Assembly: GCA_049423385.1 (NCBI GenBank)
Contig: JBMSQQ010000011.1
Span: 1-50,920, forward strand
DNA from: Silvanigrellaceae bacterium
Lineage (GTDB): Bacteria; Bdellovibrionota_B; Oligoflexia; Silvanigrellales; Silvanigrellaceae
Length of the DNA stretch: 50,920 nt
Direction of reading: 5' to 3'
The notes below the pieces were generated by a model, which saw only the letters and a program-made list of their open reading frames with translations, had not been told where the DNA came from and did not search any database. Below, in pieces: positions 1 to 8,528 of this stretch; the first letter of the stretch is position 1, and each line of letters starts with the position of its first letter. The translations under genes and the position numbers were made by a program.

Positions 1-24
1 CTCATCCGTGGACCTTGAATTGAC

Positions 25-54
25 GTGAAGCTCGCCCGGGCTTCACTCATTTTC
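25..54 (+). terminator. possible intrinsic terminator of a gene upstream of the window
   Basis: Stem GTGAAGCTC (25-33) / GGGCTTCAC (38-46) with one G-U pair, followed by TCATTTTC. Confidence 0.3.
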
Positions 55-340
55 AAAAAGCAGCTTTTTGTTTTCTTCAATTCCTTGCGCATAATTTGGC
101 GCAAGGTGATTGTGCATCAACTCCGGCCCTCGCCAAAACCCGTTTGGCTTTTTCAACTTATCCAAATCCAGCGCGCTTTTTGAGACTTCTCCTTGCCCCT
201 ATTGTGGCATCGCCCTCTTCGGGTGTAAGCAAAAGCGGATATACAAAGGACGAGATTGAATGGAGCGCCTCCAAAGGCGGGGGATACTGCTGGTTGGCGC
301 TCAACCATGGCCGGATTTTGTTTCAAAGGGAAGAATAGAC

Positions 341-1477
341 ATGAGTCCTTCGAAGCAGGAAACTGCAAATATGCCCGGCGCTCATTTGTACCCGAAAGAT
401 CCTCTTGGTGAGCGCATTCCTGGCATCCCAACCGGGCGCGACGTCGACTGGCAGCCGCTGGTGGATTACCGCCGCAATGGCGTCAGCGAAACCACCATTC
501 ACGGTGCCGTGGCGTGGGCCAGTGGCGGAAAGTTGGTGCACAGTTTTGGCGGAAACGTGTTGTGCTACGGGCGCAGCATGATGAAGCCATTTATGCTCAA
601 GCCTTTGGCAAAAACACTTTCCGAAAGCACATCCTGGGAACAAAAGGCGATTGCCGTTTCAAGCCACAATGGCAGCACCGAGCATGTGGCAGCCGCCATG
701 AGCCTTCTCGACGAGGCAGAGTGGGGGCTGATGCAAACTCCACTGGACGTTCCCCTCGTGCAATTTGGCAGGCAGGTGCGCCGCCCGCGCCGCTGGTACC
801 ACCCCTGTTCGGGCGAACACGCAGCCATCCTCAAGGGCTTCAAGTCCATGGGTTGGGACAGGGTGGGCTACACTCTTCCGCATCATCCGTTCTTTTCTTC
901 CTACATTGCCGAACTTCGCAAAACCCTGGGCAGTCAATGGCGGCCTTTGCGCGTGGCGCGCGACGGCTGCGGGTTGCCCACTGTGTCAAACACCGTAACC
1001 GAACTCGCGATGCTTTATGCCGATCTGGCGAAGCACAAAGACGAAGACTGGATCTGGGAGGCCATGAATCGGCACCCCGACCTCGTCGGAGGATTCAATC
1101 GCCTCGATTCGACGATCCTCAAGGCCTGCAAAGGAAAGGTGATTGCCAAGGAAGGTGCCGACGGGCTTTTGGGGCTCTCGGTGGTGCACCCCGATTTCCC
1201 GCAGGGGTTGGGAGTTGTCATCAAAATCGCCCATGGTTGGAATCCGCAGGCAACCTGGTATGTCGCACGTGGCGTGCTGGGAGTTTTGGGTTTTGAATTC
1301 CGAAATCCCTATGCGTTGCATCGCCAAAAAGCCTTTCTCGTGGAAGGCATTGTTCCGCCAAATTACGAAGCGCAGTTGCGCGCCATCAAGACGTGGGACG
1401 ATTGGGATCCCAACAAAGACATGTACGAATACGACTGGACCGAGTTCGCCGAACACACGCAGGAGAATGGCCGATGA
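341..1477 (+). CDS. class 3 L-asparaginase (asparaginase II / Rhizobium etli-type) family protein
   Basis: Motifs RSMMKPF, SSHNG, HPCSGEH (variant of NCSGKH), DGCGLP, AKEGADG. ATG 341 follows purine-rich GGGAAGAA; ORF track start at 260 is probably too early. Confidence 0.85.
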   Translation: MSPSKQETANMPGAHLYPKDPLGERIPGIPTGRDVDWQPLVDYRRNGVSETTIHGAVAWASGGKLVHSFGGNVLCYGRSMMKPFMLKPLAKTLSESTSWEQKAIAVSSHNGSTEHVAAAMSLLDEAEWGLMQTPLDVPLVQFGRQVRRPRRWYHPCSGEHAAILKGFKSMGWDRVGYTLPHHPFFSSYIAELRKTLGSQWRPLRVARDGCGLPTVSNTVTELAMLYADLAKHKDEDWIWEAMNRHPDLVGGFNRLDSTILKACKGKVIAKEGADGLLGLSVVHPDFPQGLGVVIKIAHGWNPQATWYVARGVLGVLGFEFRNPYALHRQKAFLVEGIVPPNYEAQLRAIKTWDDWDPNKDMYEYDWTEFAEHTQENGR

Positions 1478-2364
1478 ACAGCAAGAACGGGCAGGGTGGT
1501 ATTGTTGCCGGTGTGTTGGCGCCGCATCCGCCGCATTTGGTTTATGCAGAAAATCCGCCGCAAAACGAACCCCGCGCAGAGTGTGGTTGGGAAGAATTGC
1601 GTTGGGGATACGAGCGTCTGCGCAACAGTCTGCAGAAGGACGATTTCGATGTGATCATCGTCCACACTCCCCACTGGCGCACTGTGGTGGGGCATCATCT
1701 TCTTGCCGTTCCGCAATTCAAGGGACTTTCTGTTGATCCGGTTTTTCCGCATCTGTTTCGCTACAACTACGATCTCAAGGTCGACGTTGGCCTGGCCGAA
1801 GCCATTGCAGAAGAAGGAAAGGCACTGGGCCTTGAAACAGCGCTCATGCGCAACCCCAAATTCCGTGTTGATTATGGCACCATCATCAGTTGTCACCTGT
1901 CGCGTCCGGGGTGGGACAAACCCATCGTCTCGATTTCCTCGAATGCGGCGTTTGATTACTTCAGCAACGATGTTGGCCAGCAGCAAATGATCGCGCTGGG
2001 ACATGCCACCCGGGCGGCCATCGAGAAATCAGGTCGGCGGGCTCTTTTGTTGGCGTCCTGTTCGCTTTCGCATCGGCATTTCACCGAGGAACCACAAGTT
2101 CCCGAAGACATGACCCACGAGCACATCTACAACCACAACCAATATTTGTGGGACATGCGCATCCTCAAGATGATGCGTGCAGGAGAGTCCAAAAAGGTGA
2201 TTGCCGAAATGCCCGACTTCACCGATCAAGCTGTGTCTGAAACCCGCGCCGGTTGCCTCACGTGGCTGTTGGCAGCAATGAACTTTCCAACCAAGCCTGC
2301 CACTGTGCATGCCTATGGAACGGTGATTGGCACCGGCAATGCCGTTGTTGAGTGGAGGATGTGA
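1474..2364 (+). CDS. amnB: 2-aminophenol 1,6-dioxygenase beta (catalytic) subunit, LigB-type extradiol dioxygenase
   Basis: N-terminus LAPHPPHLVYAENPPQNEPR, HTPHW, SVDPVFPHLFRY, MRNPKFRVDYGT, LSHRHF and YGTVIGTGNAVVEW closely match AmnB/CnbCb as I recall them. ATGA overlap with the upstream gene; AGGAG RBS. Confidence 0.9.
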   Translation: MNSKNGQGGIVAGVLAPHPPHLVYAENPPQNEPRAECGWEELRWGYERLRNSLQKDDFDVIIVHTPHWRTVVGHHLLAVPQFKGLSVDPVFPHLFRYNYDLKVDVGLAEAIAEEGKALGLETALMRNPKFRVDYGTIISCHLSRPGWDKPIVSISSNAAFDYFSNDVGQQQMIALGHATRAAIEKSGRRALLLASCSLSHRHFTEEPQVPEDMTHEHIYNHNQYLWDMRILKMMRAGESKKVIAEMPDFTDQAVSETRAGCLTWLLAAMNFPTKPATVHAYGTVIGTGNAVVEWRM

Positions 2365-2368
2365 AGAC

Positions 2369-3298
2369 ATGGAAACGATCGAGGAAACCTCCTTTGGCTT
2401 TGTTGCTGGATTCATTGTTCCGGGTCTGCCGCAGCCTTTGTTGGCACCCGAAAAATCGCCGGCATGGGCGCGCGTGCGCGATGGCTTTCAAAAGCTGCGC
2501 GAGCGCATTTTGGAACTCAATCCCGATGTATTGGTGATTTATTCGACCCAATGGCCCAGCGTTTTGGGGCATCAGATTCAGGCAGATGCGCGTCCCAATG
2601 GTGTTCACGTTGACCATGAATTTCATGACCTTGGCACCATGGAATACAACTTTCCGGTGCACGTCGAATATGCCGATGCGTACGTTGCAGCGGGCAAGGA
2701 ACGCGGCTTGCACACCCGTCGAGTTGCGTATCGAGGCTTTCCCATCGACACGGGGTCGTTGGTTGCATTGGGGCTCTTGAATCCTGACAACCGCATTCCG
2801 TGCACATTGGTCTCGTGCAACATGTATGCCGATAGGGCTGAAACCATCGTGCTTGGAAAAGCTGCTGCCGATGCGGCACGGGGTAAAAAATTGCGCGCGG
2901 TTGCAATTGCTTCAACAGCTCTTTCGAACCGGATGTGGACGCGCCCCACGGCACCCGCTCAAGACTCTATTTCTTCGCAAAAAGATGACGAATGGAACCG
3001 CAAGCTGCTCGAGCTTTTGGGCCTGGGCAGACTCGAAGACGTGGCTCAACTGGCGCGGCAATTTTCCCGCGAGGCACATGCGGATTCCAAGCTGAAAGCC
3101 ATCTGGTGGTTGTCGGCCGCATTGGGCAGCAGCAATGATTTTTGCGGTCGGGTGCTCGCCTACGAAGGCTTGTTTGGCACTGGCGCTGCAGTTGTTGAAC
3201 TCATGCCTGGCGGTTCAAGCCAGGGTGAGCAGGAATTCGATGAAGACGATGTTGAATTCTATCGTGGTGAGCGATCTGTCTTGACTGCAACCAAGTGA
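2369..3298 (+). CDS. amnA: 2-aminophenol 1,6-dioxygenase alpha (non-catalytic) subunit
   Basis: FIVPGLPQP (metal His absent), PDVLVIYSTQW, GVHVD, YRGFPIDTG, DDEWNRKLLELL, GTGAAVVEL match AmnA/CnbCa; directly follows amnB. Confidence 0.85.
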   Translation: METIEETSFGFVAGFIVPGLPQPLLAPEKSPAWARVRDGFQKLRERILELNPDVLVIYSTQWPSVLGHQIQADARPNGVHVDHEFHDLGTMEYNFPVHVEYADAYVAAGKERGLHTRRVAYRGFPIDTGSLVALGLLNPDNRIPCTLVSCNMYADRAETIVLGKAAADAARGKKLRAVAIASTALSNRMWTRPTAPAQDSISSQKDDEWNRKLLELLGLGRLEDVAQLARQFSREAHADSKLKAIWWLSAALGSSNDFCGRVLAYEGLFGTGAAVVELMPGGSSQGEQEFDEDDVEFYRGERSVLTATK

Positions 3299-3305
3299 AA
3301 AGGCG

Positions 3306-3890
3306 TCATTCGCCTTTTTCTTGGGGAGCGGCCTCTGCGCTGATCAGGTGAAAAGGGTAATTGATCTGCAAAGTGTCTTCGGTTGTCAGAACAGGAAATC
3401 TCCAATTCTTGACCTTGTTCACAAGGCACGCACCAAGCTTCGGGTTTTTATACGTTGAGCGGCCTTCATTGTAGGTTGCGTTGGCCACTTTTCCGCCCGA
3501 TTCGATGTCGAAGGTGATGTACAGTTTTCCTTCGAGTTTTGCGTCTTTTGGCAAGAGGCTTTCAAAGCAGAGCTGGGTGTCTTCGCGATTGCTTGCGATG
3601 ACCTTTTCAATTTCTTCACGGCTCAGGGGCGTTGAGCGACGCTCACCAGGTTTCAATGGGCGCGTGCTTCCATCTGACAATTCGCATTGAAAATCTTCAT
3701 CGCGTTTGAGCTGGACGTAGTTGACGCATTCTTCCGGCGAAATTTGTGCCGGGGTCACAGCTGCTGCGCTGATGGGCTCCGGTTCGCCGTCCTTTGAACC
3801 CATGGAGACGCATGCAACGTATGGTGTCACGCCAATCATCAATACAATTTTTGAAAGAAACAGCTTGTTCAGCATGATGTCACTCGTCAT
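3306..3890 (-). CDS. AgmX/PglI C-terminal (TonB-C-like) domain exported protein
   Basis: LSREEIEKVI...TQLCFE..L...LEGKLYITFDIESGGKV...LGACLVNKVKNWRFP...INYPF pattern; hydrophobic N-terminus ending VAC; ATGA overlap with the lipase stop. Confidence 0.75.
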   Translation of the reverse strand: MTSDIMLNKLFLSKIVLMIGVTPYVACVSMGSKDGEPEPISAAAVTPAQISPEECVNYVQLKRDEDFQCELSDGSTRPLKPGERRSTPLSREEIEKVIASNREDTQLCFESLLPKDAKLEGKLYITFDIESGGKVANATYNEGRSTYKNPKLGACLVNKVKNWRFPVLTTEDTLQINYPFHLISAEAAPQEKGE

Positions 3891-5131
3891 TCGATGGAAC
3901 CGGTGGCTGGTAAAAAGTGAGGCGCAACCGGAGTCTTGAGCTGACAATGACTTGCAAAGGGGATATGGTCAAAGAGCATCCGCCAATTTGCAAACACCGC
4001 AGCGAGGATTGAGCGGCCCTGGCTTCTGCCCAGAACGGTGTTCCAGTACTCGACATCCTCATTTTCCGCATATTCGCGCGGTTCAGACAGGTTTCCGCGG
4101 GCGTCTTGCGTCAGAAGTCGGCCCACGTGTGTATAGTTGAGAATTTCAAAAACACCTTGAACGGACTCGCGCGAATCCTCGGGGAAAAGCATGCTGAAAT
4201 TATTCGCGGCAACGCGTGGTGGAGGAAGTCTTGGGACTACATCCTCATTGTTCACGAAGCGATAGATTCGTTTTGGAAAAAGCTTCGAAACGAACTTTGA
4301 ATAAACCTCGTCTCCAACCCGCGGCGACGAATAGATGTAAATCGAGTCGACAGGAAAGCCCAGTGTCGAAAGTCGAGCGGCGCTGATGACGGCCTGCGCA
4401 CCTCCCAGGCTATGTCCGGTGAGAATGATGGGAAGGTTCGAGTTTGAATGTTCGCGCACCAGCGACAAGACTTTCGCCCAACTCTTTTCAAGAACATTTA
4501 GAAAACCCGTGTGAACCCGACCCGGAATTCCCGGGAAGAATTCGGGCTTGCTGGCAAAGGTCACGTCCGTCATGTAGTCGATGAGATCAGAGGTTCCCGC
4601 AAAACTCACGATGACGTATTTGCTGTTCGACCCTACGAAAGCCTGAAAGCTCGTCGAATTTTCCTGGATGAAATCAATTTTTGTGAGTCCCATCTGACGC
4701 AGTTGATCGGTGGCTTCTATCTGGCGATAAGCCTGGATGCTGAGCCACGACAGCCAATACGCATTGCCTTGATCAAAATTGTCCAGGTCTGTTGATATTT
4801 GCAATCCGGGACCTTTGGGGTTTGTGCAACGTCCCGGGTCCCATTTCGGTCGCCAGCGGCGGGCCCGGGTGGTTTCGTCGCCAACGATGGCTTTGTTGCG
4901 CAAAGTTTCATCAAGGTAACGCATGCCCTGCGCATATTTCGAAGGACGGAGAATGTTGATTTTTGAATCGTTGTCAAATTCATCAGAGAGCTGTTGGCCA
5001 CAACTCGTCAGGCCCACGGCACATACGACCGCTGTTTTTTTGAAATGACAGGCTCGAAAAACACGCCTGACGAGAGATAGATGCAACCGAAATCCCTCCG
5101 TGGATTGTTTGCAGCACCTGTATTGTTTCAA
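3887..5131 (-). CDS. class 3 lipase (alpha/beta hydrolase), probable lipoprotein
   Basis: VSFAGT, VHTGF, LTGHSLGGA nucleophile elbow, SPRVGD, NEDVVPRLPP, YTHVG, DH; lipobox LTSC. Exact start uncertain. Confidence 0.9.
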   Translation of the reverse strand: MKQYRCCKQSTEGFRLHLSLVRRVFRACHFKKTAVVCAVGLTSCGQQLSDEFDNDSKINILRPSKYAQGMRYLDETLRNKAIVGDETTRARRWRPKWDPGRCTNPKGPGLQISTDLDNFDQGNAYWLSWLSIQAYRQIEATDQLRQMGLTKIDFIQENSTSFQAFVGSNSKYVIVSFAGTSDLIDYMTDVTFASKPEFFPGIPGRVHTGFLNVLEKSWAKVLSLVREHSNSNLPIILTGHSLGGAQAVISAARLSTLGFPVDSIYIYSSPRVGDEVYSKFVSKLFPKRIYRFVNNEDVVPRLPPPRVAANNFSMLFPEDSRESVQGVFEILNYTHVGRLLTQDARGNLSEPREYAENEDVEYWNTVLGRSQGRSILAAVFANWRMLFDHIPFASHCQLKTPVAPHFLPATGSIE

Positions 5132-5200
5132 AAAAGTAACAATTTCAATCTATCAACCCGGCCAACTGAGCGTCAACCGGGCACTGGCGAGTTTGACGAT

Positions 5201-6241
5201 TTATTTGCTGCCACTCTTTAGAGCAGTCAGTTCCTTTTCCACGCTTGCGTATTGCGAGTCGAATTCCGACAGCTTGGTCCGTGCTTCAAGAACCTCTTTC
5301 ATGATTTGCACGGTTTGGCTTTGATATTGGTTGTATTGTTCAAGCTTGATCTTTGCTGCGGGACAATCGATTTGCATGATCTGCTGTGGGGCAGCCTTTC
5401 CGAGAATTTCGTTGATAGCTCCATTCAGTGCAGTACCAACTCCTGCCATCAATCCATTGACAAGAGGCGTCACCACCACGGCACTGACGATCTTGATGAG
5501 GCCCATGATCTGCGCCTGACGTGCACGATCCGCAGCTTCCTGCTCAACACAGGCTGCGTAGGAGGTGTTCGCTTCCTCGGCAGCACGGCGCATGCTGTTG
5601 AAGTTTCCGTAAAGGCGCCCCTCAGCGGAACTGAGCCCCGAGAGCACTTCCACTTCAAAGTCGGTTCTTGTGTTTTTGTAGTCGATGACGGGTGTGATCT
5701 CGAGTGCAAAACTGCAGCCAGCTTGTTTCGTTGTCGACGACGCAGCAGAAACACACGGATTCACAATGTAGTAAAACTTTCCTTCGGTGGCCGCATAGTC
5801 TGTCACGGTCTGGGCAGTTGTCGCGCTGGCAATCGCCCTGCAGGCAGAGACTTCTCCGCGCATGCGTTTGAATGCTTCTGCCGCTGCAGCCCTGTATTCG
5901 GGCGAAGATTTTGGAAGGTCGGACAATTTTTGCAGACCATTGCCATACACCATCGAAAAACTCGCCCTGCAGCGCCAGACCTCGGCGGAGTCTGCTCCAC
6001 CGTATGAAATGCTCACCACGGGAACATCGCCCTTGAGACCATCAAATCGTTTTGTTGCAGAACTCACCGTCGCAGAGGCACCGTTCGGGTCCATCAGCGA
6101 TTGTGCCGTCAGACTGCTTCCTTTGGGCTTTGTGGTTGGATTGTCGACGCACGCAACCTGGCTTGCAAGAAGAAATGCAAACGCGAAGCCACCGAGGCAC
6201 CGGCCGTTTGCGGATTTGGTTTGTTTGGTGTTGTGACTCAT
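5201..6241 (-). CDS. putative lipoprotein, paralog C: Cys-bridged beta domain plus coiled-coil with hydrophobic hairpin
   Basis: 346 aa ORF, signal ending QVAC, ATGA overlap with upstream gene, shares motifs with the two upstream genes. Confidence 0.75.
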   Translation of the reverse strand: MSHNTKQTKSANGRCLGGFAFAFLLASQVACVDNPTTKPKGSSLTAQSLMDPNGASATVSSATKRFDGLKGDVPVVSISYGGADSAEVWRCRASFSMVYGNGLQKLSDLPKSSPEYRAAAAEAFKRMRGEVSACRAIASATTAQTVTDYAATEGKFYYIVNPCVSAASSTTKQAGCSFALEITPVIDYKNTRTDFEVEVLSGLSSAEGRLYGNFNSMRRAAEEANTSYAACVEQEAADRARQAQIMGLIKIVSAVVVTPLVNGLMAGVGTALNGAINEILGKAAPQQIMQIDCPAAKIKLEQYNQYQSQTVQIMKEVLEARTKLSEFDSQYASVEKELTALKSGSK

Positions 6242-7299
6242 GGCGCTTCTCCAAACAATTTCATGCTCTGTTGGTAGCTTTCCGATTCAAGTTCGATCTG
6301 TTGCTTGTCTATCTCAATGTCTTTGGCCAGCCGGTCTGCCGGAGGACAATAATCCGGTGGCAGGAAATCTGCCGATTGGGCCGAGAGATCCTTGAATATT
6401 CCAGCCACGTCGAGGCCGCCGATAATCGATTGTGTCGCTTTGTCTGCAATCATTTTCGACCCCAAACCAACACCAATTCCCAACAACTGTCCGATTGCAG
6501 CCCTGCGTTTTTGAGAGACCCGGTTTGCGCCGCGCTCTGCTTCGCAACGGCCGATTTCCGTATCCAGTTGTTTCGCTTTGTAGACAATGTTTCGGCCCAG
6601 GCTGTCGATCTTGTCGCGTTGGGCCAGCAGCTGTGATTTTCGTTCTGCAGAGAGGGCTTGTTCCTTGTTCACGTATCCACGCAGGTCTCCCGATTTGGAA
6701 ACTTGCCGGGAACAGGGACTGACGGTTGCGCTGGTGCTGTCGAGGGGGAGACGCGACGCCTGCACGCATGCACGACTGACGTAAATCCAGTTTCCGTCAC
6801 CGGCAAAATAGTCGACGAACTTGTCGATGGACACACTTGTTGCGATCGTGACACAGCCAAAAGTGCTGGAAATATTTTTCCAGTAGTCGGTGTCTTTGTA
6901 CTTCTGATCCGCCACCTGAGTATTGGCTGCACCAATCTCGATGGTGCCGAGGTCGCCCAGTTTCGCATCGGCCCGGCAGCGGATGATTTGCACGTAATCG
7001 GCTTTTTCCGGAAATGAAAAACTCAGAATCGGATACTTGTACCGGCTGACTTCGAAATAGGAAGCCCCGAAAAAATTCAATCGCATCGTTGCGCCATCAA
7101 GTTCTTCTGCAGAAATCCGTCCCTTCACCTGTTGGGCCAGAAGATTTGAACTTTTCTTGGCAACCGATCTCGTATCCGACGTTTTTGAATTGTTGCAGGC
7201 GCTCGCGGACACACACGCCAACAGGGTCAAAACAGCAGTGCCTATTGTTTTAAGATTCTCTTGTTTTGGTGGAGTCATGAATTGAAAAAATCCAATCAT
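6238..7299 (-). CDS. putative lipoprotein, paralog B: Cys-bridged beta domain plus coiled-coil with hydrophobic hairpin
   Basis: 353 aa ORF, signal ending ASAC, ATGA overlaps on both sides. Confidence 0.75.
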   Translation of the reverse strand: MIGFFQFMTPPKQENLKTIGTAVLTLLACVSASACNNSKTSDTRSVAKKSSNLLAQQVKGRISAEELDGATMRLNFFGASYFEVSRYKYPILSFSFPEKADYVQIIRCRADAKLGDLGTIEIGAANTQVADQKYKDTDYWKNISSTFGCVTIATSVSIDKFVDYFAGDGNWIYVSRACVQASRLPLDSTSATVSPCSRQVSKSGDLRGYVNKEQALSAERKSQLLAQRDKIDSLGRNIVYKAKQLDTEIGRCEAERGANRVSQKRRAAIGQLLGIGVGLGSKMIADKATQSIIGGLDVAGIFKDLSAQSADFLPPDYCPPADRLAKDIEIDKQQIELESESYQQSMKLFGEAP

Positions 7300-8528
7300 G
7301 GATTTGCTCCTCCCATCTTGGCCTTGAGTCTTGCTGAACGAGCCTGCAATTCCGCCGCAAGAATCTTGGCAGCAGCTGTGGATGTTTGGATCGCCGTTTC
7401 GAGCTTCTGGTTCAGCGACTCGATGCAGATTCCTTCGAGTGCCACCTCACGTTCTGCATTTGCCAGATTGAAGATCGCTCCGGCAATTTGCGGAAGCACT
7501 GCACCCACATCATTCAGTGTCAGCTTTCCCGCTTTGGTGGCCGTCTGCTGCGAGACACATTGCGCAGCGGCGCCATTGCCCTTGCTTTGCAGAGCTCCGG
7601 CGATTTTGTCGACGATGGTTGTCAGGCTTGTCGAGCTCAGTGCGCTGGGGCCAATCATTTGCGCACCGGGAGTGGCTGTGGCTGAAAGGTCCAAAAGGAG
7701 CTTGGCGGCACCTGCAGCGGGATCAGTTCCATTGTTTGCTCCTGTTGCAGGTGTTTGGCCCGACGCAGCAGGATCTGTAGGAGTCTTGCCTGCAGCCGGG
7801 TCTGTTTGGGTTTTGTCTCCAGCTGGAGCTGCTGCGTTACAACCGGGTGTTCCTTTTGCGATGGCATTACTGATGACACCCAAAGCACTCTGACCCAATT
7901 TTCCAAGTGCCTCCGCGAGGCCCTTGTCAGCTGCAAGTGCGGCTTTCTGCTGCTCGGTTGCAGGTTTGCACTTGTTGGCTCGTTCAAGTTTGTACTTCAG
8001 GATCGCTTCCAGGTGCGTCTGGAGTTCCTTGGTGGCGATCTCGATTGCTTGTTGCTCTTCCTGCAATGCGGCCTTTTCGCGATCGATCACTGCCCATTGG
8101 TTGTATGATGATTGAAACCATTCTCCACAATTCGAACTGCCTGTGGCACGGGACCTGTCAACGCATGCCCGCAACTTGACGACAACCTTGGCTCCACTTG
8201 GAGCATTTGCCAGTGTGGATTCGGTTGTGAAAATGTTTTTGGCTTCACTGCAGCTGGATTCCGATTCTACGCAGGTCGCGACTTCCACGTATTCTGCGAA
8301 TCCCGAGTAGCTGAAATTCACGAGAGGCTGAACAGCTCCCCCGAATTTCGGATTTGAGTACTGAACAACGTTGATGTCGCTGATCAGCAGTGTCTTCGCA
8401 TCGACCATCGGAAGCGATGGCACAGAATCCAGACTCAGCGTTTTGTTGATCTGGGGACCATCCGGATTGGTGCAGGAAATTGCCAGCAATGCGCAAGTCA
8501 CCAGGGAAATGCAGCCAACTGTTTTCAT
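7296..8528 (-). CDS. putative lipoprotein, paralog A: beta domain plus coiled-coil hairpin with low-complexity insertion
   Basis: Start at MKTVGCISL (ATG 8528 overlapping vWA stop, RBS GGAGG); signal ending AISC. Confidence 0.75.
   Translation of the reverse strand: MKTVGCISLVTCALLAISCTNPDGPQINKTLSLDSVPSLPMVDAKTLLISDINVVQYSNPKFGGAVQPLVNFSYSGFAEYVEVATCVESESSCSEAKNIFTTESTLANAPSGAKVVVKLRACVDRSRATGSSNCGEWFQSSYNQWAVIDREKAALQEEQQAIEIATKELQTHLEAILKYKLERANKCKPATEQQKAALAADKGLAEALGKLGQSALGVISNAIAKGTPGCNAAAPAGDKTQTDPAAGKTPTDPAASGQTPATGANNGTDPAAGAAKLLLDLSATATPGAQMIGPSALSSTSLTTIVDKIAGALQSKGNGAAAQCVSQQTATKAGKLTLNDVGAVLPQIAGAIFNLANAEREVALEGICIESLNQKLETAIQTSTAAAKILAAELQARSARLKAKMGGANP
7711..7825 (-). repeat. 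imperfect TDPAA peptide repeats (3 copies) inside paralog A
   Basis: Protein ...KTQTDPAAGKTPTDPAASGQTPATGANNGTDPAAG...; DNA copies at about 7711, 7761 and 7789. Confidence 0.7.

Noticed and set aside
96..338. 80-aa ORF upstream of the asparaginase homolog as a leader peptide
   Set aside because: TTG start with no RBS, crosses a terminator-like hairpin, and has no regulatory codon run
514..1296. 260-aa alternative-frame ORF inside the asparaginase homolog
   Set aside because: Arg/Gly-rich off-frame translation typical of GC-biased coding DNA
5152..5196. Short TCAACC(C)GG direct repeat and CCCGG/CCGGG stem between paralog C and the lipase
   Set aside because: Too short and lacks an adjacent U-tract; cannot be called a terminator or binding site
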